Shown: positions 24,794-33,200 of the stretch, one piece after another | Layout of the letters: each line of letters starts with the position of its first letter | Position numbering within the stretch: position 1 is the stretch's first letter | Source: Candidatus Peregrinibacteria bacterium | Lineage (GTDB): Bacteria > Patescibacteriota > Gracilibacteria > Peribacterales > Peribacteraceae | DNA length: 50,737 nt | Reading direction: 5' to 3' | Assembly (NCBI GenBank): GCA_016196295.1 | Contig: JACPYA010000041.1 | Span: 1 to 50,737, forward strand | Position numbers and translations under genes: made by a program | Notes under the pieces: generated by a model | Databases searched by the model: none | Told to the model about the DNA's origin: nothing | What the model saw: the letters and a program-made list of their open reading frames with translations, nothing else

Positions 24794-27148
24794 ATGCAGC
24801 GAATCTTCCAGACACAGGAGCAGGTGGAAAGCATCTGGATTGGGCCAGAAGATGCCAAAAAGTTGAGCACAGATGACCTGAAAGCCTACGACCTCGCGAA
24901 GAAGATCATGGCGCACCTCTGCATCCAGGCGCCGACCAAACACAAGTCCGGGCACCCCGGCGGACCGCTTTCCTCTTTCACGTTCGCCTACTTCCTCTAT
25001 AAGCGCCGTGATCTGTCTACCGATGCGCCCTTTCGCATGAGCGCCGGGCATTTGAGCCTGCTTGCCTACGGGCTCCAATGGCTGTTCCATCGCGAGGGAT
25101 CCGACCCTCGACTCCAGAGTCCTCAGACGATCATCGATGCGTTCAGGGTTCCCGACGGGCTTCCCGGTCACGTGGAGGCGGGCATCGGCGACATCCCGTT
25201 CGGCGCGGGCCCGCTGGGGAAAGGCGTCAGCAATGCCCTCGGTGTCGCGTTTGGCATGCAGTACCTGAAGAAACAGGGTGCCGTCGATGTCCTGATGGCG
25301 GACGGCGACGCGCAAGAAGGACAGATCATGGAAGCCTTCCGTCTTGCATCGCACTTGGGACTCGGAAACCTTCTCGTTCACGGAGATTTCAACGACATTC
25401 AGTTGAGCGATATGCCGAGCCGCACGGTGGCTGCGGACTTCGCGCAGATCGCGAAGGCAGCAGGGTGGCAAGTGATCGAGGTGCAGAATGGGAATGACCC
25501 GGGACAAGCGGTCGCGGGGCTCGACCTCGCCGATACGCTCCGATCCAAAGGCAAACCCATCTTCCTCTGCTACTACACGACCATGGGCCACGGCGTGAAG
25601 GTGATGGAGGAAGGCTCGAACACCGGGAAGGCGAACTACCACGGCTCGCCGCTCAAAGATGACGTCGCGGCGCAGGCGCTGAAGGATCTGCCCCCACTCG
25701 AGGAGCTTGTCACGCAGTACCAGCCGTACCGACGACAGTGGAAAGTGGAAAGTGCAAAGTGGAAAGCCGGTCCATTGTCTCCCCCGCCGAAAATCGAGAG
25801 AACCATCACGGCGGAAAAAGGCGCGGCGCGGCAGGACTTCGGCGCGGTGCACCTGAAAAATCTCATGAACGCCGATGCGCGCATCGTCATCCTGCACGCG
25901 GACCTCGCGGCGTCCGGCGGCTTCGACCCTTCGGCGCGCTTCGCTTGCTCAGGGCAAGCACCTCGCGTCATAAACGTTGGCGTGGCGGAAGCGAACATGT
26001 ACATGATGGCGGCGGGGATGCGCCAAGCGGGACTGCTCCCGGTGACCTACACGTTCGCGGCTTTCGGCACGAATGAAGCGAGGGCGAACGCGCGCCTCAT
26101 TGACATCAATTGCGGCCACACGCGCTGCGCGGTGCTCCACGACTGCACGCACGCGGGGCTCTCCGTCGGCGAAGACGGCGAGACGCATCAAGAGCGAAAT
26201 TACCTGAATATCCCGCTGGACCGCACGCAGGTCTGGATGCCAGGCGACAGCAACCAAGCGGCGGCGATGGCGGAACGCGGGATGGAGCTGATCGCGGAAG
26301 GCACGACGAGCGTCTATGTCTTCTTCCCCCGGAGCGGCCACGAGCAGCTGAAAACTCCCACAGGCGAAGTGATCTACGGAAAAGAGTATCGCTTCGACGG
26401 CAAAATCGACCTCATCCGCGGCAAAAACGACGCAACCGACCAGGTGACGATCATCGCGACGGGCATCCCCGTCCATGATGCGGTGCTGGCCGCGGATGCC
26501 CTCGCAGCGAATGGACGAGTGGAAAGAGGAAAGAGGAAAGAGGAAAAAGAACGGACAAAACTTTCCACTTTCCACTCTCCACTTTCAACTTCTCCGCACT
26601 TTCCACTTTCCCTGCCCGTCCGGCAGGCGGGCACTTTCAATTTTCCACTTCGTGTAAGAGTGCTGAACGTCTCCTGCGTCCGCCCCATCGACGCCTCGGC
26701 GATCATCCAGGCGGCGCTCGAGACGTCGCATTTGATCGTCGTCGAAGATCACCACAGTGAAGGAGGACTCGCGACGCAGGTCGCAGACATCATCGCGGAC
26801 TTCCAGCTCCCCTGCTCGCTGCGCCGTCTCGGCGTGAACCACTATTTTCCCTCCGGCACGGACAAAGACCTCAAGTTCCTCGCCGGTCTCGACTGGGAGA
26901 GCATCGTGAACGCGGTGCTGGATGAATTACACTCGGAAGTGACGGGAGGCGAAGATGCTCTTGTAACAGCCATTTTTGCGATGTCGAAGAATGCGAAAGA
27001 GAGCCGGTTCCAGGATGCCGCGGCACCCTTCATCGATCGGCTCAAAAACGAGAAAGGCTATCTGGAATCCTTGCGAGCCGCGTGGGCGAAGCGCTCCTGT
27101 CCGCCGGAGAAGCTGCCGGACAATGCGCGGCTCAGAAGTCTGATCTGA
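24794..27148 (+). CDS. tkt: Transketolase (N- and C-terminal halves fused) with repeat-derived insertions
   Basis: It contains HPGGPLS, GDG..QEG (the ThDP site), a Pyr domain (GVAEANM) and a C-terminal domain. The ATG at 24794 is the likely start. See the findings for the insertions at 25737 and 26516. Confidence 0.9.
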   Translation: MQRIFQTQEQVESIWIGPEDAKKLSTDDLKAYDLAKKIMAHLCIQAPTKHKSGHPGGPLSSFTFAYFLYKRRDLSTDAPFRMSAGHLSLLAYGLQWLFHREGSDPRLQSPQTIIDAFRVPDGLPGHVEAGIGDIPFGAGPLGKGVSNALGVAFGMQYLKKQGAVDVLMADGDAQEGQIMEAFRLASHLGLGNLLVHGDFNDIQLSDMPSRTVAADFAQIAKAAGWQVIEVQNGNDPGQAVAGLDLADTLRSKGKPIFLCYYTTMGHGVKVMEEGSNTGKANYHGSPLKDDVAAQALKDLPPLEELVTQYQPYRRQWKVESAKWKAGPLSPPPKIERTITAEKGAARQDFGAVHLKNLMNADARIVILHADLAASGGFDPSARFACSGQAPRVINVGVAEANMYMMAAGMRQAGLLPVTYTFAAFGTNEARANARLIDINCGHTRCAVLHDCTHAGLSVGEDGETHQERNYLNIPLDRTQVWMPGDSNQAAAMAERGMELIAEGTTSVYVFFPRSGHEQLKTPTGEVIYGKEYRFDGKIDLIRGKNDATDQVTIIATGIPVHDAVLAADALAANGRVERGKRKEEKERTKLSTFHSPLSTSPHFPLSLPVRQAGTFNFPLRVRVLNVSCVRPIDASAIIQAALETSHLIVVEDHHSEGGLATQVADIIADFQLPCSLRRLGVNHYFPSGTDKDLKFLAGLDWESIVNAVLDELHSEVTGGEDALVTAIFAMSKNAKESRFQDAAAPFIDRLKNEKGYLESLRAAWAKRSCPPEKLPDNARLRSLI
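26516..26652 (+). mobile_element. ORF-less hairpin element of about 135 nt inserted in frame in tkt
   Basis: GTGGAAAGAGGAAAGAGGAAAGAGG ... CTTTCCACTTTCCACTCTCCAC form inverted arms. The CCCTGCCCGTCCGGCAGGCGGGCACTTTC hairpin is identical to the one at 42510-42540 and 42576-42606. Confidence 0.7.
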
Positions 27149-27175
27149 GAGATCAGCCGTTCAGGCGGCGGAGCA

Positions 27176-28255
27176 TCAGTACTTCCTCGTTCCATTGAGC
27201 ATGATGGTCAATCCCGATCCCGCGATGGTGGAGCCGACCTGGTCGATGGAGAACCGGATGACCGACCCCTCGGTGAGCGCCGTGGTGCTGAAGATGCCGG
27301 TCTTGGCGCTCGTCTTCGCGCTCACCGCGATTTGCGGCTTCGTCGAGTAGATGCTCGTTCCATCTTTGAAGACATCGACGATGATCGCGGCGCCGGTCGG
27401 CGCGACATTCACGCGGAGACTTCCCGTGCCGAGCGTGATGCCGTACGGCATCGTCACCACGGCGCCGCCCGTGGCCGTCACGAAGAGTCCCCCTTCGAAG
27501 AACCAGACCATGGAACTCGTCGGTGTCTTCCAAACGGGAGCGGACAAGCCCTGCGAGAGGATGATCTGCCCGGACGTTCCTTGCGCCGTGCGGCTGAGCG
27601 TCCCGCCGCTCGTGAAGGCGATCGCGCCCGAGCTCATAAAGTTGTTTGCCTTGATCAACGAACCGGAGATGTTTCCGGACACTCGCAGGTTGCTCTTGAA
27701 CCGTGACGCGTTGCTCACGACCAGCGATCCCGAAGCGTACAGGCCGCCGGTCACGTTCAGGTCGTCGCTGAATTCAAACCGGTCTTCGGCGTTCAGGAAC
27801 TTCAAGGTCTCGTTCGTCGAGTCGGAACCGAACGTGAGGACGGCGTCCGCTGCTCCACTATCCGAATTGATGGAGAGGTCCGCCTTCGTTTTGACCTCGC
27901 CGCTCACCGTGAGCGTTCCCGAACCCGTGATATTGCCCTGCACGTGGAGGTCGTCGGTGAATTCAAAGCGAGCCGGGGCGCGGTTCCAGTAGAGTTTCTC
28001 ATTGAGCGTGCCGCCGAAGCGGATCTCGACGTCCGTCAGCTGGTCGCCCTCGTCGATGACTTGGAAGGATTCGGTATTCACGAGCAGCGTCGGGCTCCAG
28101 CTGGAGGTCGCGGCAGAGACCCCCGTGCTCGCGAGCAGGACCATCGGAGCGAGGAGCCCCGCAAGGACGCGGGACAGGCTTCGCTTCGTGCAGTGCCGGC
28201 GATGGCGCAAGGCGCGGATCACGGCTGAGGAGGGCAAGAGGAAGATGCGGGACAC
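27176..28255 (-). CDS. Secreted repeat protein (tail-fibre or beta-helix-like repeats), paralogue of 36255-37808
   Basis: 359 aa with a signal peptide. The N-terminal roughly 170 aa are nearly colinear with those of the 517-aa protein (SWSPTLLVNTESFQ.IDEGD...TLKFLNAEDRFEFSDDLN.TG). Confidence 0.75.
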   Translation of the reverse strand: MSRIFLLPSSAVIRALRHRRHCTKRSLSRVLAGLLAPMVLLASTGVSAATSSWSPTLLVNTESFQVIDEGDQLTDVEIRFGGTLNEKLYWNRAPARFEFTDDLHVQGNITGSGTLTVSGEVKTKADLSINSDSGAADAVLTFGSDSTNETLKFLNAEDRFEFSDDLNVTGGLYASGSLVVSNASRFKSNLRVSGNISGSLIKANNFMSSGAIAFTSGGTLSRTAQGTSGQIILSQGLSAPVWKTPTSSMVWFFEGGLFVTATGGAVVTMPYGITLGTGSLRVNVAPTGAAIIVDVFKDGTSIYSTKPQIAVSAKTSAKTGIFSTTALTEGSVIRFSIDQVGSTIAGSGLTIMLNGTRKY

Positions 28256-28842
28256 GGCGCTTCGTCAGGGCCCCGAAGCAGACGCGCGCGCAGCGCCTCT
28301 GTATTCGGAGACCCGAGAAGGACGAAGAGGAGAATCAGGTTGATGACGACGCTCGCGCACAGGAGGCCCATGGCAAATCTGCTCCATGCGAAACGCGGAG
28401 CGCGGGCTTCGCCGGTCTCCGGCGCCTGCTCTGCGCGCGCGACGGGCGCGGGGGCCGCCTGCGTTTCCGCAGGCCGTTCCACCGCGACCGGAACGGACGG
28501 CGTTGCATCCGCGGGCACCGTATGGAGCGCCGCGATGCAGGATCGCAGCTTCTCCGGGAACGGAGCGGGTTTATCCTCCAGGGACCGCAGATCATGCGGA
28601 TCGAACCTCTTCAGCCATCGATAAAACGTCGTCCGGGCGATGCCGAATGTCCGGCACGTCCTGCTGATGGACCGGTGCAGGGCGAAGTCCGAGAACCACG
28701 ACAGGCGCTCGACGACTTCGTGACGCATGTGCTCCTGCCGCGCGCGCGCGAGGAGGGACTGCAGGTGCTCGAAGCTGATGGGGAGCAGGGACACGGGGAT
28801 GGATGTTTGTGCGTGTGGAGCGCGATACCTGTCGCGCGACAA
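28219..28842 (-). CDS. Membrane-anchored helix-turn-helix protein (transposase-N-terminal-like HTH)
   Basis: 207 aa: RLSWFSDFALHRSISRTCRTFGIARTTFYRWLKRFDPHDLRSLEDK resembles the IS481/IS3 HTH. It also has a C-terminal TM helix (GLLCASVVINLILLFVLLG). It has no DDE domain. Confidence 0.7.
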   Translation of the reverse strand: MSRDRYRAPHAQTSIPVSLLPISFEHLQSLLARARQEHMRHEVVERLSWFSDFALHRSISRTCRTFGIARTTFYRWLKRFDPHDLRSLEDKPAPFPEKLRSCIAALHTVPADATPSVPVAVERPAETQAAPAPVARAEQAPETGEARAPRFAWSRFAMGLLCASVVINLILLFVLLGSPNTEALRARLLRGPDEAPCPASSSCPPQP

Positions 28843-29003
28843 ATCCTGTTATTATACGCCTGCGGCCCCTTTTCTTCAAGGGAGACGCGTCCTGCGTTCT
28901 CCCGAGGAGGGCTCTTTTCTGCAGCGCTACACTTGCCTCCGTACGGCTGTCGCGCTCCATCCGGAGGGTCACAATGGTCACTGGAAATTATATTTACTAT
29001 TCT

Positions 29004-29210
29004 GTCAATCCGCCTTCGTCCCGCAAGTGCGGGACTGCGCCGGACAAGGGGCTTTTGTGTTGTGGCATTGCAAGCGAAGCCGATGGTTTGACCCGCCCGA
29101 ACGATCTGATCGTTCGGATCGGGGCGGGTTCCCCGGAGCGTGCTCCGCAAGGGGGAGTCCAGAGCCCTGCCTGCCGGCAGGCAGGTTGCTCCGGGATTCA
29201 TACCAATGAT
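29004..29210 (+). ncRNA. Candidate structured RNA, copy B (unclassified)
   Basis: The 207-nt core is homologous to 14210-14395 in reverse orientation. It is preceded by the AT-rich TTATATTTACTATTCT. It carries an extra perfect hairpin (CCTGCCTGCCGGCAGGCAGG) at the tip of a conserved stem. Confidence 0.5.
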
Positions 29211-29244
29211 CAGTGTGCCGCATCGATTGCCCGCTCACGTGTCC

Positions 29245-30045
29245 TTACCAGTCGAGAAACCAGAAGAAGTGCCTCCTTCTCTTGGCGGGCGTCCCCCCCA
29301 CGCTCGCGGCGGGCTTCACCTCCACGCCGACCCAGTTCCACTGAGCGGCACTTGTCCCGAACGCATCAAAATTCATGGTGACGGCTGTGCCAGACGGGGT
29401 TGTGTCGGAAGCCTTGTTCACCGCAAGCCCAGAGATTAACCCACTAAGATGGAAGGGATCTTCCGTGTCCGTTGAGGTAGGGGATCCCAAGGCGTTCCAG
29501 TCGTCCGCACAGCCAAATCCGCGCGAGTTATTCACGGTTGATGTGTAGATCGTGGGGGTGATGTTGTTGGTGTTGGAGTCCCCCTCGCCGCTCGCTCCGA
29601 TGGGGGAAGAGGTGTCGTGGCCCGTGATCACGTACACCTTGATCGCTTTGGCAAGCTTACTGGAGTTCGATGTCGCAGAGACGGTCATGCCCGTCCGTCC
29701 AGTCGTGAGCAGGGCGTACGCAGCAGCGGCGTTACCATCTGAGATGCTGCTCTCGAATCCGTCTCGCGAAACGATTTCCGTCCACGTCAGTGCAGCACCA
29801 TTGTTGGTTATCGTGATCGTCACGTCCTCGTCGTTCAAAGAGTCGCTAAGCACACAGACAAGGAGCAGCGAGGAATCCGGTGGGTTGAACGCTGCCGAGG
29901 TGACTGACGTAGAGTCTAGCGCTACGAGCGCAGGAGTTGAGGCATCGATCGCGATGGCTGCCTGCGCAATCGTTGGCAGCAACACACTGCAGATCGTCAG
30001 CAAAGAAACAAGGAAGCGCCGTACGTCTGTCCTCGTGATCATCAT
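29245..30045 (-). CDS. Secreted protein homologous to the C-terminal domain of the 1576-aa giant
   Basis: Starting at MM (30045) gives a signal peptide (FLVSLLTICSVLLPTIAQA). About 230 aa align with residues 1340-1576 of the neighbouring gene (..GRTGMTV.AT...K...KVYV..GH...SPIGASGEG...NNITP..YTSTV.NS.GFG..DW..). Confidence 0.75.
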   Translation of the reverse strand: MMITRTDVRRFLVSLLTICSVLLPTIAQAAIAIDASTPALVALDSTSVTSAAFNPPDSSLLLVCVLSDSLNDEDVTITITNNGAALTWTEIVSRDGFESSISDGNAAAAYALLTTGRTGMTVSATSNSSKLAKAIKVYVITGHDTSSPIGASGEGDSNTNNITPTIYTSTVNNSRGFGCADDWNALGSPTSTDTEDPFHLSGLISGLAVNKASDTTPSGTAVTMNFDAFGTSAAQWNWVGVEVKPAASVGGTPAKRRRHFFWFLDW

Positions 30046-30293
30046 GCCGATACGAAATGAACGCGCGGTCGTACGGATCATGCTGCTGGGAGAATTACCA
30101 TACACGATCAACTGTTCCGGCGGAAGCCGGAAGCAGTTGACAGGTCGCCATACGGCTTCGCGATATAAACGCAACGGATGTTTCATGCCGTGTTACAAAT
30201 AGCGGCGTAGCGATGTCGCTTCGCCGCTATTGATGATGTATTGCATGAGTCATTAATGATGTTTATATCGCAGAGCCGTATCAGATCTTGTCC

Positions 30294-33200
30294 TTAATTT
30301 CCCGGCCGTACTTCAAAGCCCACCCAGTTCCATTTCGTGGCAGCCGTGCCCGCAGCATCGAAATTCATTGTGACCGACGTTCCTGCCCCGGCGGTGCTGG
30401 CCGCTTTGGAGGCACTCAACCCAGAAACAAGGCCCGCGACGTGGAAGGCATCTTCCTCGTCCGTTGAACTAGGAAATCCGGAGGCATTCCAATCAGCGGC
30501 CACGCCGAACCCAAGGGAGTTTGATACTGTTGATGTATAGAGAGAGGGAGTGATGTTATTGGTCGTGGAGCTGCCTTCGCCGGAGGCTCCGATCGGGCTA
30601 ACAGTGTTGTGGCCGCTCACCACATAGACCTTCATCGATAGTCTCTTCGCTTGATCGGTCATCGTTGCCGTGACCGTCATGCCGGTTCGTCCGGTGGGGA
30701 GCAGAGCATAGAAGGCACTGGCCTCTCCTTCCTGCGCTCCAGGATCGACAATACTTCGTTCCCGAATGAGCGTCCACGGAATGGCGGTTCCATTGTTCGT
30801 GATGGCAATATTGGGGTCACTCCCTATTGCTGCATCTGCGGAGATCAAGACCAGAAGGAGAGCATTGTTCGGAGGATTAAACAAGGCTGTCGTAACAGAC
30901 GTATCGCCGGTCACGCGGGCCGGACTGGAGGGATCAATGATGATAGTCCCCGTCGTCTGCGTATTCGCCGTCGTCACCGTGACCGACGAAGCAGCGGTAT
31001 TCCCCGCCGCATCCCGCGCACGTGCCGTGAGGGTATGACTGCCATTACTCGCTGTCGTCGTGTTCCAACTGATGCTGTAGGGGGAGGTCGTGTCTTCCGT
31101 TCCAAGGTTCGCGCCGTCGAGGAGGAATTGCACCCCGGCGACGCCCACGTCATCCACGGCAGTGGCGGCAACCGTCACGGCGCCCGTCACCGTTGCCCCG
31201 TTCGCAGGAGCGGTCATGGAGACTGCGGGGGGAGTGGTATCAACGACGTTACTCACTGTCACGTTCACAATGGCAGATGCCATCTGATTCCCCGCAGCAT
31301 CTCGTGCACGTGCCGTGAGCGTATGGCTCCCGTTTGTCGCAGTGGTGGTGTTCCATGACACCGAGTACGGACTGGTTGTGTCTTCTGCACTCAGGTTCAC
31401 CCCATCGAGGAGGAACTGGACACCGGTGACGCCGACGTTATCTGCAGCATTCGCGGAAACGATGATGATACCTGAGGCTGTTGCTCCGTTGCTGGGACTC
31501 GTGACGGAGACGGCGGGGGGGAGGGTATCGGGAGTGCCGGAGAACGTCAGCGTGAAAACGCTGTTCCCCGGAGCTGTGAACGAGAAGGCGTTACCGCTGA
31601 CAGGGATATCCGCACCGCGGGTGAAGTTGTTGGAGTTGTCCGTGACGTAAAACTCCAGCATGGGGACAGCCGGCAGGTTCGCCAGCGTCGCCGAGAAGTT
31701 CACGTCTCCAGCGCCGGCATTGCGGCCGACAATCGTTACGCGACCGGTGGCGGAATGATGGAAGGCGTAGATCGTCACGTTACCGTTCCCTTCATTCGCC
31801 GCGATCCTCCGCGATCCTCCAGGGACGAACTTGAAGAGCTGTGCGAATTCATAGAAGGCCTTGCGCGGTGTGTACGTGCGTGTTCCGGTATCGTAGGAAA
31901 GGAGCGCCGTCCCATTGCCGACGTCATTCGGCGGCGTCGAGCCGCGGCCGGCGCGGGTCGCGTGGTTGTAGACGCTATCGTAGCCGTCCCAGACGAGGAT
32001 GGCCGAAGGGCCCTGGCCGATGTGCGCGAGCGTATCCCAGATATTAGAGACTTCCGTAATCCAGAAGTTCTTACCGGGGGGCATGGCAGCTCCTGCACCG
32101 CAGGAATCGCCGGCGTAATTATGGAAGGAGAAGTGATCCAATTTATTCATCACCGTGGCATTGCCGGTAATTTCCGGCACGTAGCTGTTCACGCCGGTGC
32201 AGACAGCCGCAGTGTCCGGGCCGACGAGGCGCAGATCGCCGAGGCCGATGGCATCGAGTTTGTTCGCCAATTTCTCGAACACGCGCGGCAACTGGAACGC
32301 ATCCATGCGGACGCCTTCGTAGATATCCCAGTCGGGCTCGTTGGTCGGGGCGAAGAGCCCGAACTGCAAGCCGCGATTGTTGCGGGCATAAGAGGCGACA
32401 GCGGTGACGGTTTCGACCCATTCGTCCTCCGCTGTCGCTGTGGGGAGATCGGAGCCGCCGTTCCACAACGGGCCGCGACCCATGAAGTTCAGCATGAGAT
32501 TGTTCGTAATCCCCTTGCTGTTGAGGTACGCCATCGTCGCCCACAGCTCTTCGAATTTCGGCGTCGAGAAGAGGGAATTATAGTACGTCCAATCATAGAC
32601 GGCGGGGTCGGCATTGTCGTTCGCCTGCTCCCAGTCGGCCTCGTCGATGATCACGCGAAAGAGAGTGGAGCCGTTCTGATCGACCAGCATGTCGAGGGCA
32701 GGGCGCAGCTCGCCGTTGTCCCAACTTGCGGCATTCGCGCTGACGCCGAACCCGTCGATCGCCTGGAACTGCACGGCGCCATCAAGGGTAAGGGGTGTTC
32801 CGCCGCCGTTGCTCACCGTGACATTCACGACATTCGATGCCGCCACATTGCCGGCTTGATCCGTCGCCACGGCGGAGAGCTGATGACTGCCATTGGGGAC
32901 TGTCGCGGTATTCCACGAGATGGAATAGGGAGCAACTGTATCCGGAACGCCGAGATTTCCTCCATCCAATTTGAATTGCACGCTTGCGACACTGACATTA
33001 TCACTCGCCGTGGCGGCAACGCCTATGCTTCCACTCACGGTTGCCCCATTGAGGGGAGATGTGACGGAAACCGCGGGGGGCGTCGTATCGGGATTGCTGA
33101 CCGTCACGCTCACGGTCGTCGATGTCGTCTGATTTCCGGCTGCGTCCCGCGCGCGTGCCGCGAGGGTGTGATTGCCGTTGCTCGCGGTCGTGGTGTTCCA

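Noticed and set aside
29004-29210. RNase P RNA, tmRNA, SRP RNA or 6S RNA identity for the conserved 200-nt element
   Set aside because: It lacks the GAGGAAAGUCC/ACAGAA P4 boxes, the tRNA-like ends and tag ORF of tmRNA, and the GGAA/AGCA domain-IV motifs of SRP RNA. The presence of two copies also argues against these normally single-copy RNAs. The AGTCCAGAGC stretch resembles the RNase P P4 region only superficially.
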